A stretch of 64,000 bases of DNA from Epithemia pelagica (lineage: Eukaryota; Protista; Bacillariophyta). The stretch spans positions 930,001 through 994,000 of the forward strand of contig OX337241.1 of the NCBI GenBank assembly GCA_946965045.2, read 5' to 3'. Shown piece after piece: positions 21,589-30,650 of this stretch. The notes under the pieces were generated by a model. That model saw nothing but the letters and a program-made list of their open reading frames with translations, had not been told where the DNA came from and did no database searches. A program made the position numbers and the translations under genes. Within the stretch, counting starts at the first letter, position 1. Each line of letters opens with the position of its first letter.

Positions 21589-21907
21589 CTCTCGAGAGTT
21601 CGAAAGCCAATTCTAACGTCGGTGCTCCCTGTCAACAAAAGAGTGTGTTGCTGACGGTTCAACTGTTCCTCCTATACACATACATCCTAGCAACACTTTC
21701 CATGATTGCCATACGGTATACTCCTACTCCTAGGAGTAGCTAGGTAGTACTCCTAGTAACACCAATGGAGGAGTACTTTTTCGACGTCGATCTTTTTTTT
21801 ACGCCTACTCTTTAGCCCTATAGTCTTTTCCTACTGCTTTCTACGTGAGATCCTACGGTGTCGCTCTTACGATGACCAACCGCCGTTCTCCTTCCAGCTC
21901 TGGAGGC

Positions 21908-22047
21908 CGAGGGGATGACCCAGCGACCACATCCTCAGCTATCGTGGCGCTCTGTCGCCGTGCAGGTCTCACTCATTGTAGTTCTGGTCACGCTAAGGGA
22001 GTAGACGCGTGTGCCGTAAAGGCCCCGGAACCAAAGATGGCTCCCAA
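21908..22047 (-). repeat. Ngaro repeat B2 (140 bp)
   Basis: Matches B1 (22298-22418 plus 23171-23190) with one indel and one substitution. Confidence 0.92.
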
Positions 22048-22063
22048 GGGCGGGTATGGGGCT

Positions 22064-22300
22064 AGTTTTGAAAAAAGTCTTAGGAACTATCTAGTCTGAT
22101 GACCTCCACTTGAGTAGGCAGTGTTCTCGTGTCGCTGCTCACTATCTCAAGATTGTGAGCTCGACTCTGATGCAGACTACTTCCATCCAGCGTTGTGCGC
22201 GCCGTCGCGCCCTGCGCGCGTGTAGCGCGTGCTCGACTAATGTCTGAACATCTGCTCCCGAACTCCTGCCGCGTCACGACGTACGCACGACAGACAACGA
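22064..22300 (-). repeat. Ngaro repeat A2 (237 bp)
   Basis: Matches A1 30406-30650, with a 10 bp indel, an A-run difference and one substitution. Confidence 0.92.
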
Positions 22301-23190
22301 GGGGATGACCCAGCGACCACATCCTGCAGCTATCGTGGCGCTCTGTCGCCGTGCAGGTCTCACTCATTGAAGTTCTGGTCACGCTAAGGGAGTAGACGCG
22401 TGTGCCGTAAAGGCCCCGTACCCCCCAGCGGGGGCGTTTTTGAGGGAGTAATTTCGTTGAAACACCCCCTTCTCTGTTCGCTGGATCTTGACGGTAGGCA
22501 TATCTCATTTCCTCCACCACGATAACAACACGACAATCAAACTTTGTTGTTGCTGGTGACCTCCAATGGCCACCCCATCATGATCTGACCATCATATGCT
22601 TCATCTGGGTACCATGGCAGTGCATTGTGAGGGACACAGTGGATTCGGGCCACTCTAGGAAATGACCAATACAGTGACGCGTAATACAGGAACAATAGGA
22701 GACCATGATGGCATGAAAATACATGAGAGTTGATGTTTTTCTATCAATGCAGCGCGTAACTACTACTGTTATGTGTATTGTAGATCAATAGGTGTTCAAA
22801 CAATGCAAGATAAGAGCCATATTGTCCCTTTGAGTTGCTTCGTTCGAAATTGTGAGACGTCGCGTCCGTGCCTGTGCCACGAGGCATGGCGCCTATGAGT
22901 CTGATGCATAACAGCCTTAACCTTTAAACTTTGGTGATGCAGATGCATTCTACACTATTGGTTTGAGGTCTATGACTGGGAAGACAGGTTTCAAGAGTCC
23001 AAATAGGTGCACAACAACCTGTGCAACACCATGGCCCGAGTTGTTATCGTGGTGGAGGAAATGAGATATGCCTACCGTCAAGAAATAGGTTATTATTTGC
23101 TCTTAGGGAAGGGGGTGGCTACACGAAATTACACCCTCAAAGCCACCCCCGCTGGGGGTAAAAGGCCCCGGAACCAAAGATGGCTCCCAA
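22298..23190 (-). repeat. Ngaro repeat B1, split by a MITE
   Basis: 22298-22418 plus 23171-23190 rejoin into a B2 match after removing the insert and one TSD copy. Confidence 0.9.
22419..23160. mobile_element. Non-autonomous Mutator-like element (742 bp)
   Basis: About 110-120 bp imperfect TIRs starting TACCCCC, including a perfect 44 bp block (22486-22529 / 23040-23083). 10 bp TSD AAAGGCCCCG at 22409-22418 and 23161-23170. Confidence 0.9.
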
Positions 23191-23247
23191 CACCAATGAA
23201 CACGAAGTTGACACAAAGGATCCATCACAGTCGCTAATTCGATGACT

Positions 23248-24669
23248 TCAGAATTCGAGATTGAGTTGCGATGTAAATGTGGCAAATTCAACGGAGCCAT
23301 TGAATGTGATTTCTTCTGGAGACTCGATTGCGGCTTCCAGATTGTTTTGGATGGCGTCGATGTCTCCCTTAGTGATTGATGTGTTCGACGATGGGTCGAC
23401 GTGTCGAAAATCCTGATTCCGAATCATGTTCGCGGACATTCCGGCAGTCCATTCCATTACCTGCGGCCTTATATAGCGGAGGAGGGCCGCCGATGACCAT
23501 CGACCAAGAATCATTATTTTGAGGACGGATGTCCCAGCCAAGAACAGTGCCATCGCCGCTCCCGAACGCAGTGAGTGCGTCCCGATGTCCAAGGGTCGAT
23601 AGCCGAATCGATTTATGCCGCCACCACTTGCGCAAGATTCCCGCAGTATTTTGATGGTGTCTTCGGCGCGAAAGAATCTCGGAGTTGGTTGTTTGCCGGC
23701 CGCCGCCACCTGGGGGTCAAACCAACAATTCACCGGTGTGTCGGGGCTCGCGTCAGGTCGATAATGCAAAATCCGTCGAATTATTCGACCCCAGAGACAA
23801 ACTGGGCAAAGTATGTTGTCGTTGGTTTTGCTTTGCGTCCTGGTCTGAAACTTCTCGCCATTCTTCTGTGCGATGAAGGTCACCGAAACGAAATGGGCTC
23901 GTGACTAGAACTCGGGGTGGGTCGGGTCGATTGGGGTCCGCAATTCGTCGTTACACCGGAATGTTATGTTGCCGATTGTGAGTAATCGGGTCTTCCCTCG
24001 TTGCTTGACGGTGGAGTATTCACAGCTCCTACACGCGGTGAAGTACGCCGCGAGTGCCAAGTCCGCGTTGCATGCCTTAAACGAAGAGAGGTCTTTCGGA
24101 TTTCGGCCGTCAGCGTCGCTCCTCGTCAATTCAATCCACATGTGGCGCAAGTGTTTTGGTGTCGCCGCCTTCTGCCGCTTCTCTTCTGGATCGAGGTGTT
24201 TCCATGCTCGTTTCAGTTGTTCGACGAGGGGGTGGAGCCTGTTGCAGCCCGTGATGTGGCAGGGGCTCTGCCTGTCGTGATACCTGAACTTCTGTGCCAG
24301 GTTGCCAAGGGCTTTCTCAATAGTGCTCGCTTGTAGATCGTCCTTAGCCCCACGGCTGAAAGCACCGTCACGGAGTCGCTGCAAGAACGTGCAGACAATC
24401 TGTGATCGGTGCCGAATGGACGGGATGCCGTCCAAAAAGGGGTCGCTTGTGAGTCCGAAGAGTTCGAGATGGATGATCCATCTTCGCCAGACTCTGTCTT
24501 GGTCCTCGTGGGAGGATTCGACTCTCCCGAAGAAGATCCTTGCCGCACTGGTGCGACCAAGGAGAGCCACGATTTTATCTCTGTTGGTAATTGATATATC
24601 TGAAAATTGCTTGGAACCTGTGAGGGGTACAAAGAGCGGATTTTTGCAGTTAGAACTGAGTCGCAACAA
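23248..24669 (-). pseudogene. Tyrosine recombinase (Ngaro ORF3) with an in-frame TAG at 23905-23907
   Basis: FTACRSCEY (catalytic R), HSLRSG and GRWSS..LRY motifs. The two track ORFs are in the same frame. Overlaps the end of ORF2 by 457 bp. Confidence 0.9.
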
Positions 24670-27638
24670 TCAAACGTCCGGGACAGCATGTCTGTCACGT
24701 GATTGATCCGACCAGGGATATGTTCCGGATGGAGCATGAAGTTGTGATCCAGTGCCAGGTACGTGATTTTCTCCGACACGCGTTGGTGGTTCGTCTTTTG
24801 GACACCGAATGATGATCGGTGCAGCCACCCCGTTGCGGAACTGCTGTCCGACAGGCTGAGGACGCATGCCTTGTCTTCCATGGAACCGTCAAGGCATGCG
24901 ATCCAGACCGTCACAACTTGGCATATAAATTCGTACAAGTTGTTCGACAGTTGGTGGTCGGGTGGGCCAAAGATTTCGTCGCTGAGAGTATCTTGTCTTG
25001 TCCCTGCCAGAGCGTAGATATCTGGGTCCAATTCACAGTGCCACGCTTTCCCTGTCCGAACGGAGAAACCTCCCATGCCAAAGGGGCATGAGTCCGCGAT
25101 GAACACTTGGGTTGGTCGGCGGCATGTGAGTAAATTGAAGCTCACTCCATCATGTGCTTTCTTCAACAGACGCTTCCATATTACCAGGTCTGGACGGCAC
25201 GCGTCGGGAAACTTATAGCGGAACCATGGCTTGGGTCGGTTGCCGCCTCTCCTTGCTCCTGTTATTTTGGGGCCTCCCTCTGGAGGTTTGTCGATCTGGG
25301 TCAGTTGCTTCTCCCTGTGTTTCTGGAGTATGCGGTTGAGGAATTGGCGGAGGCGCTTTGTGAAGTATCGCGACAGGGGGATACCCTTCGTCGCGTGAAC
25401 TAGCTTCCCAACCAGCGAGTCGATTGCTTGGAAGGTACAAGTTTTCGCATTCATCATACTATCAACGCATTTGGACCAGTTGAGAAATTTGTCTGTTGGG
25501 AGTCGAATCAACAAACGCCTTGAATCCAACAACCAACCGAGCACTCGCATTTCTTCGGAAGGTGAGCCTTCCGCGAGCATTTTGTCTTCGCCGAGTATGT
25601 CGTTCCTTGGTATCGGCTCGTCGTCACTTTTGGGGCGCACCATTGTATGAAGAACAAAGGGGACGATACCGCTGGCTCTGTCGACAGTTTCGGGTCGGTC
25701 CAGGAACAGTTGGACCATGTCATCCAGATAGACATCGTGGAAGCCATCAGGTCGCGGCTCTACGTCCACTGCTAACTCTTTTCCGCTGGCCAATGGGATG
25801 TTGTCCTCCAATCTGCGTATCGGTCCCATAAGTTCTTGCAGGGGAGACTTCAATTTGTCTGGGTGCCATTCTTGGACGTCCACCAAGTCGTTGCACAAGT
25901 CACATGCCGCCTCAGAGATTGTGCTGAAAAGAGCAGGATGTGGTTTGCCTCCAAACGACAGGCGCAAGAGAATATTGGCAAATTCGCCATCCGCGTCCGT
26001 GGTAATCGAACTGGCCACCAAAGTTCCGTCTCCATTAATCCTGCGATAAGCAGAACCCCAATCAAACTTGCAGATCAAAATCCTTTCGTTCGGGTGGGCA
26101 CGACGCAGTACTACCATCTGATGAATCAGCCGATCCAGGCACCAACCGTAAACCAGGTCTATCAGGACTGATTCGTCGATTGACAGATTCAACGAAGGGG
26201 CGAAGCCAAAAGAGAATGTCTGGTTGTGTGCCAGGCGATCTTTTGTAATGATCTCGCCTTTCTCGTCGATCCCATTATGCTGTGCTACACCCAGCGGGCC
26301 CGCTCGACCGTTCTTCAGTTTTCTTGCGCAGTCGAAAGTGATTGGACAAGCATACCCGTATTTTGAATCTTTCGCCATAACTTTCTGCAACGCTTCGGGT
26401 TTCTTTCTAGCAGAAGAATGATTCCCATATTCGAGAATGGCGTCATTTTCCTTCATTCGATCCTCCTCGGAAGGGGTTGTCTTGAAGGTGTAACGCGCCC
26501 CTTTGGTCAAAATCTCGTCGATTTTATCCCAAAAGGGGTGCTCTCCCAGTAACTTCTTAATGTCTTCGACTGCCCTAAACTCTGATCCAGGACTTATAGT
26601 CGACTTTGGGTATGCATCGAAAAGAACTTGTAGGTCGTACTGGAATTTTGCAATGAGTTCGGAATTAGCTGTAGCTGATTCCAGTGAAGTTGAATGGATA
26701 AATGGTGATGGTTTCGGCGTCGGTACAATGCGACTGCATATCGAGGCCATTGTGTCCACACTATGGACAACCTTCGGTGGAAGGAGAGTAGGTCTCGAAA
26801 TTTTTCTCGTGAAAATATGCGAAGGGTCGTTTGGAAGGAATTCCTGTCGTTCGACAGGCAATCCCCGGTCTGGATCATTGGTACTAGAGGAACGGGCATT
26901 ATCATTGTCCGACTCACCTAACATTTCTTCAGCGGACCGTATCTCCGACTGTAACCGAGCAAGATTTCGGTTAAGGGCGCGGCCAGATTGATCTGAAGCA
27001 ATGTTAGGAGCTGGAGCGCCCAGAGCCCTTGAGTTACCAATTTGAATTTGAGATGCCGGCGAGGGATCATTGAGGATCGCCGGGCGATCTTCTGCGACTG
27101 ATGCACGCGCGACTGCGCTAATCAGTTTTTGATTGGTCCGACTGATCGAATCTTCTGAAGGAAGATCCGGTAATTCGGTGTCACTATCTTCCGAGTCTAA
27201 ATCCGCGACTGCAGATCGTTTCAACACCGATCGAACCGAAGTTGGATCCATTCTCGACGGAGAGCGCAAAGGTTTCCGAGATGCCGCTCTCGTTGTCTGA
27301 AATCTTCGGCAAGCAACTGTTTCCAAAAATTGAACTGATTTCTTTGGTTTGGCTCTCGGGGGCGTCGACAGGCGAATGGGTGTCGGTGTTTCGCCAAGGG
27401 AGCGGACGTCATTCATCGAGACAGTACGTTCATCGGAAAACTCTTGTCCAAAAGGTGAACTGGAGACTATCGCTGGTATGGAAGACAAACACGGAGGGAC
27501 TGGTATTTCTCTGGTGCCAAGAAGATGCTTCAATTCAGGAACTGATTGGCTACCACCTACGACTGGAGGGTTGAAAGAAGATTGGGAGGAAGAACTTGGA
27601 ACACTGAAAGAGGAAGAACTACCTGAATCGACAATCAA
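24213..27638 (-). CDS. Reverse transcriptase / RNase H (Ngaro ORF2)
   Basis: KFDWGSAYRRI, LSFGG, YLDD, VLGW; RNase H ADSCPFG, YEF, SDS, HIPGRIN..DMLSR. No ATG at the frame start. Confidence 0.93.
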   Translation of the reverse strand: MIVDSGSSSSFSVPSSSSQSSFNPPVVGGSQSVPELKHLLGTREIPVPPCLSSIPAIVSSSPFGQEFSDERTVSMNDVRSLGETPTPIRLSTPPRAKPKKSVQFLETVACRRFQTTRAASRKPLRSPSRMDPTSVRSVLKRSAVADLDSEDSDTELPDLPSEDSISRTNQKLISAVARASVAEDRPAILNDPSPASQIQIGNSRALGAPAPNIASDQSGRALNRNLARLQSEIRSAEEMLGESDNDNARSSSTNDPDRGLPVERQEFLPNDPSHIFTRKISRPTLLPPKVVHSVDTMASICSRIVPTPKPSPFIHSTSLESATANSELIAKFQYDLQVLFDAYPKSTISPGSEFRAVEDIKKLLGEHPFWDKIDEILTKGARYTFKTTPSEEDRMKENDAILEYGNHSSARKKPEALQKVMAKDSKYGYACPITFDCARKLKNGRAGPLGVAQHNGIDEKGEIITKDRLAHNQTFSFGFAPSLNLSIDESVLIDLVYGWCLDRLIHQMVVLRRAHPNERILICKFDWGSAYRRINGDGTLVASSITTDADGEFANILLRLSFGGKPHPALFSTISEAACDLCNDLVDVQEWHPDKLKSPLQELMGPIRRLEDNIPLASGKELAVDVEPRPDGFHDVYLDDMVQLFLDRPETVDRASGIVPFVLHTMVRPKSDDEPIPRNDILGEDKMLAEGSPSEEMRVLGWLLDSRRLLIRLPTDKFLNWSKCVDSMMNAKTCTFQAIDSLVGKLVHATKGIPLSRYFTKRLRQFLNRILQKHREKQLTQIDKPPEGGPKITGARRGGNRPKPWFRYKFPDACRPDLVIWKRLLKKAHDGVSFNLLTCRRPTQVFIADSCPFGMGGFSVRTGKAWHCELDPDIYALAGTRQDTLSDEIFGPPDHQLSNNLYEFICQVVTVWIACLDGSMEDKACVLSLSDSSSATGWLHRSSFGVQKTNHQRVSEKITYLALDHNFMLHPEHIPGRINHVTDMLSRTFDCCDSVLTAKIRSLYPSQVPSNFQIYQLPTEIKSWLSLVAPVRQGSSSGESNPPTRTKTESGEDGSSISNSSDSQATPFWTASRPFGTDHRLSARSCSDSVTVLSAVGLRTIYKRALLRKPLATWHRSSGITTGRAPATSRAATGSTPSSNN

Positions 27639-27650
27639 CCCAAGACCCCG

Positions 27651-30395
27651 TCAGGATTGGCTTTTCTTCGCCTCAGCATACACTTTCTTGTAGAAGGCGG
27701 AGACTTCCTCTCCCTTGTTATGCTTCCGAGGGTCCGCGTGACAGAAATAGCAATCATCTCCAGATCGGCAAGATTTAAGAGCAAGCAGTTTGTTGCAAAA
27801 CGGTCGCTCCTCCCCATCCACCAAACAAGTTGGCATCTTCTCCAGCACCGAACGAGTGAAAACCTTGGAGTACTTCATCCGAGAGGGAAGGCACCAGTCT
27901 TTCGGGGAATCAAATTTGACTCGTTTGGTAGAAGAAGGATTCGAGTCACCATTCGAATCAGCTGCACGTTTCTTCGAATCCTTCGAACTCGAAGCGGATC
28001 TCTTCGTGGAATCTGAGTCTTCATTTGGGGTGACCTTATTCGATTTTGCATTGGTTGCCGATAAGAAGAAGCGTGGAAGAATTCGACAAATGCTCTCTCG
28101 AGCCGTGATCTTATATCCGAGTTGGTTGAAGTAGTACTCGAGAGCATCAAACGAAATATCCTCGAGACATTCAGCCGATTCCAACGAGTCTTCAATGAAT
28201 CTCTGGATTGCATCGTCAATGGAAAACAAGACTTGCGTCAAAAATTTTGCATCGTAGGCTTGGCTGATCCGGTAGACACGGGTGTTCATGAGAAAGTGTT
28301 CCACCATCTTATGGATCTGGGTCGCGATAAAGGAAGATTCACCGAAAATCGCCGCTGAGAAGAGATAGTAAGAACGAAGCTGCTGGGAGTATTCTTCAAC
28401 CTTCAGGGGACAAAACAACTTTTCATTCGTGAAAATATCACGCATATCCTTCGTTGACAGACCATTATCTTGGCGGAGAGCACATTCGTAAATGTGTTCG
28501 TGAATGTCTTTATCCAAGGCTAAATGAGCTTCAGGGCCGCCACTGTGGTAAGGGTCGAATGAGAAAGGAGAGTACCCGCTCGGGTGGTCATCACCTTTCC
28601 AGCGTAAACCGTATTTCTGCAAGACGCCGCACTGACTGAAGAGGATATAACAGGCATTCGCCGTCTTGCGAAAAACACGAGCCTGAATCAAGGAATGAAG
28701 TGTATGGGTGCTTTTTTGACGAAAGATTTCCAAGGCTATCTCAGTCGGAGCCACAGGTAAGGTATCACTTGAGGGGTTCACCTGACCATAAACAATACCA
28801 TTCCAAAGATGAACCGCGTTCTTAAACACTTCTTTCTTGTCATCCTCTTTCTCTCGAGCTAAACGGTTAGAGTGGGTCAAAAAGACCTCCGATAACTGCT
28901 CTGTCATCTTCTGAGTCATGTAAACAGCATCGGGAGAAACCCCACCCACCGCTGGAATCGAAGTACTCGGAGTTGTCAAAGAGGCAGGGGGTTGACCAAC
29001 AGGGGGAACTCGAATGGCTTGATTCGGTGTCGGTGGTAAGTTCGAAGAGGGACCACGACGAGCTGGAGAGGCCAGGTCAGGGAATACCTTGGGAAAGTTA
29101 CGACGGAACAATTTACTTGCAGCATCAAATTTTGATGGAACATCAAAGACCAGTGCATCAAAAAGGGATGGTTTATGGCAGACAATCCACAAGAATCGGA
29201 ACAATGGAAGGATTCCCGTAAAGACATTGTGGGAAGAATCAACATACTTGGACTTCCCAAATTTATTCCGACCGATAGTCTTGGCCCAACGGCGAAAGAT
29301 ATGGGAAGCCAAAGCTTGGGGGGAGCAATTTTCCGATTCAAAGCCAAAAAGGGAAAACACTTTCAACAATTCACCGGCAATAGAAGGGTGGATTGGAATC
29401 AGACCCATAAATTCGAAGTCCGTAGACTTCTTCTTGGAATTCTTCTTCTTGTCTTGATCAGTATCATCATCTTCCTCGGGGATAGAGAACTCCTCGAACT
29501 TGGACGAATCAAGGCGGAAATCAGGAAGAACATCGCCAGGACGGTCTCCATCAGAGTCTTCGGGAATGTTACAATCAACGACGCAAGCATCAAAGATCAT
29601 CTGGGCAGAGGGAATGTCAGAGTAATCCGTGCTGATCAGGAGATTCTTCAATTCGTCTGAGACCAAAGAAACTGGGGGGCTATCGAAAGCTTCCTGAGTC
29701 AAGCATATGAAGGAAGGAACCGGATTTACGATCGAACCAGAATCGGGTGCAAGGAGCACACTATGAATCATTCGAAGCTTTTTATCGTGATCAACTCCCA
29801 AGAAGGCCAACGGCATACCATTCAAGTCGCATGAAAGAAAGTGCTGGAGGTCTTGGAGGCAAGCAACTTTGTTGAAACTTGCACACAGTTTCGACCAAAC
29901 CTTCGAGTCACCATCAAGTGCTAGGTGGAAGTCTGAACAAAAGGAGTCAGCCCAACCCGCGGGACGACAAGACATAAGACGGGTCTTCTCGGAAGAGGAC
30001 ACCGGGAACTTCGACTTGAACATGTCAGCACGGCGGAATGGTAGAACAGGAACGGTAGAGGGGTGTTCAGCATTGGAAGAAGGAGCCAATTTCATCGGTA
30101 AGGTTACATCCTGATCGAATCCCGAACCGGTTTTGGATCCACCAATCTCATCGTCAAGCGAAAGCGAAGAAAGGGTATGAATACCGGCAGTGTCCGTAGC
30201 AGGCAAAACAGTCCCTTTGCGATAATCCAATCCACCAGTAAGAGCAGAAGCGTCAGAAGCATTAGGAGAGGAATCATCAGTAGTCCCGTTCTTCGAACCT
30301 GTCCCGAGGATATCCTGCGGGGGAGTCTCATCATCAGTCATCGGGAACAAATCGTCAACCTCCTCAAAGAAAGGAGAAGTCGAAGACAAAACCAT
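27651..30395 (-). CDS. gag: Gag-like ORF1 with C-terminal CCCH zinc finger (Ngaro)
   Basis: 914 aa from ATG 30395. CNKLLALKSCRSGDDCYFCH fits C-x8-C-x5-C-x3-H. Confidence 0.88.
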   Translation of the reverse strand: MVLSSTSPFFEEVDDLFPMTDDETPPQDILGTGSKNGTTDDSSPNASDASALTGGLDYRKGTVLPATDTAGIHTLSSLSLDDEIGGSKTGSGFDQDVTLPMKLAPSSNAEHPSTVPVLPFRRADMFKSKFPVSSSEKTRLMSCRPAGWADSFCSDFHLALDGDSKVWSKLCASFNKVACLQDLQHFLSCDLNGMPLAFLGVDHDKKLRMIHSVLLAPDSGSIVNPVPSFICLTQEAFDSPPVSLVSDELKNLLISTDYSDIPSAQMIFDACVVDCNIPEDSDGDRPGDVLPDFRLDSSKFEEFSIPEEDDDTDQDKKKNSKKKSTDFEFMGLIPIHPSIAGELLKVFSLFGFESENCSPQALASHIFRRWAKTIGRNKFGKSKYVDSSHNVFTGILPLFRFLWIVCHKPSLFDALVFDVPSKFDAASKLFRRNFPKVFPDLASPARRGPSSNLPPTPNQAIRVPPVGQPPASLTTPSTSIPAVGGVSPDAVYMTQKMTEQLSEVFLTHSNRLAREKEDDKKEVFKNAVHLWNGIVYGQVNPSSDTLPVAPTEIALEIFRQKSTHTLHSLIQARVFRKTANACYILFSQCGVLQKYGLRWKGDDHPSGYSPFSFDPYHSGGPEAHLALDKDIHEHIYECALRQDNGLSTKDMRDIFTNEKLFCPLKVEEYSQQLRSYYLFSAAIFGESSFIATQIHKMVEHFLMNTRVYRISQAYDAKFLTQVLFSIDDAIQRFIEDSLESAECLEDISFDALEYYFNQLGYKITARESICRILPRFFLSATNAKSNKVTPNEDSDSTKRSASSSKDSKKRAADSNGDSNPSSTKRVKFDSPKDWCLPSRMKYSKVFTRSVLEKMPTCLVDGEERPFCNKLLALKSCRSGDDCYFCHADPRKHNKGEEVSAFYKKVYAEAKKSQS

Positions 30396-30405
30396 CGTAG
30401 CAACA

Positions 30406-30650
30406 AGTTTTGAAAAGTCTTAGGAACTATCTAGTCTGATGACCTCCACTTGAGTAGGCAGTGTTCTCGTGTCGCTGCTCACTATCTCAAGATTGTGAGC
30501 TCGACTCTGATGCAGACTACTTCCATCCAGCTCCAACCAAAGTTGTGCGCGCCGTCGCGCCCTGCGCGCGTGTAGCGTGTGCTCGACTAATGTCTGAACA
30601 TCTGCTCCCGAACTCCTGCCGCGTCACGACGTACGCACGACAGACAACGA
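30406..30650 (-). repeat. Ngaro repeat A1 (245 bp)
   Basis: Direct repeat of 22064-22300. Confidence 0.92.

Larger units (their letters stand above)
21908..30650 (-). mobile_element. Ngaro-type tyrosine-recombinase retrotransposon
   Basis: Split direct repeats in the order A1-ORFs-B1-A2-B2 on the minus strand; gag, RT/RNaseH and YR ORFs; no methyltransferase domain seen; both ends share CGA. Confidence 0.93.

Noticed and set aside
21908-23190. Repeat cluster as a CRISPR-like array
   Set aside because: The repeats are 140-245 bp split direct repeats of a YR retrotransposon, with no regular spacers or cas genes, in a eukaryotic context.
24213-24700. -1 slippery site for YR expression
   Set aside because: No in-frame XXXYYYZ heptamer found near the start of the overlap by eye.
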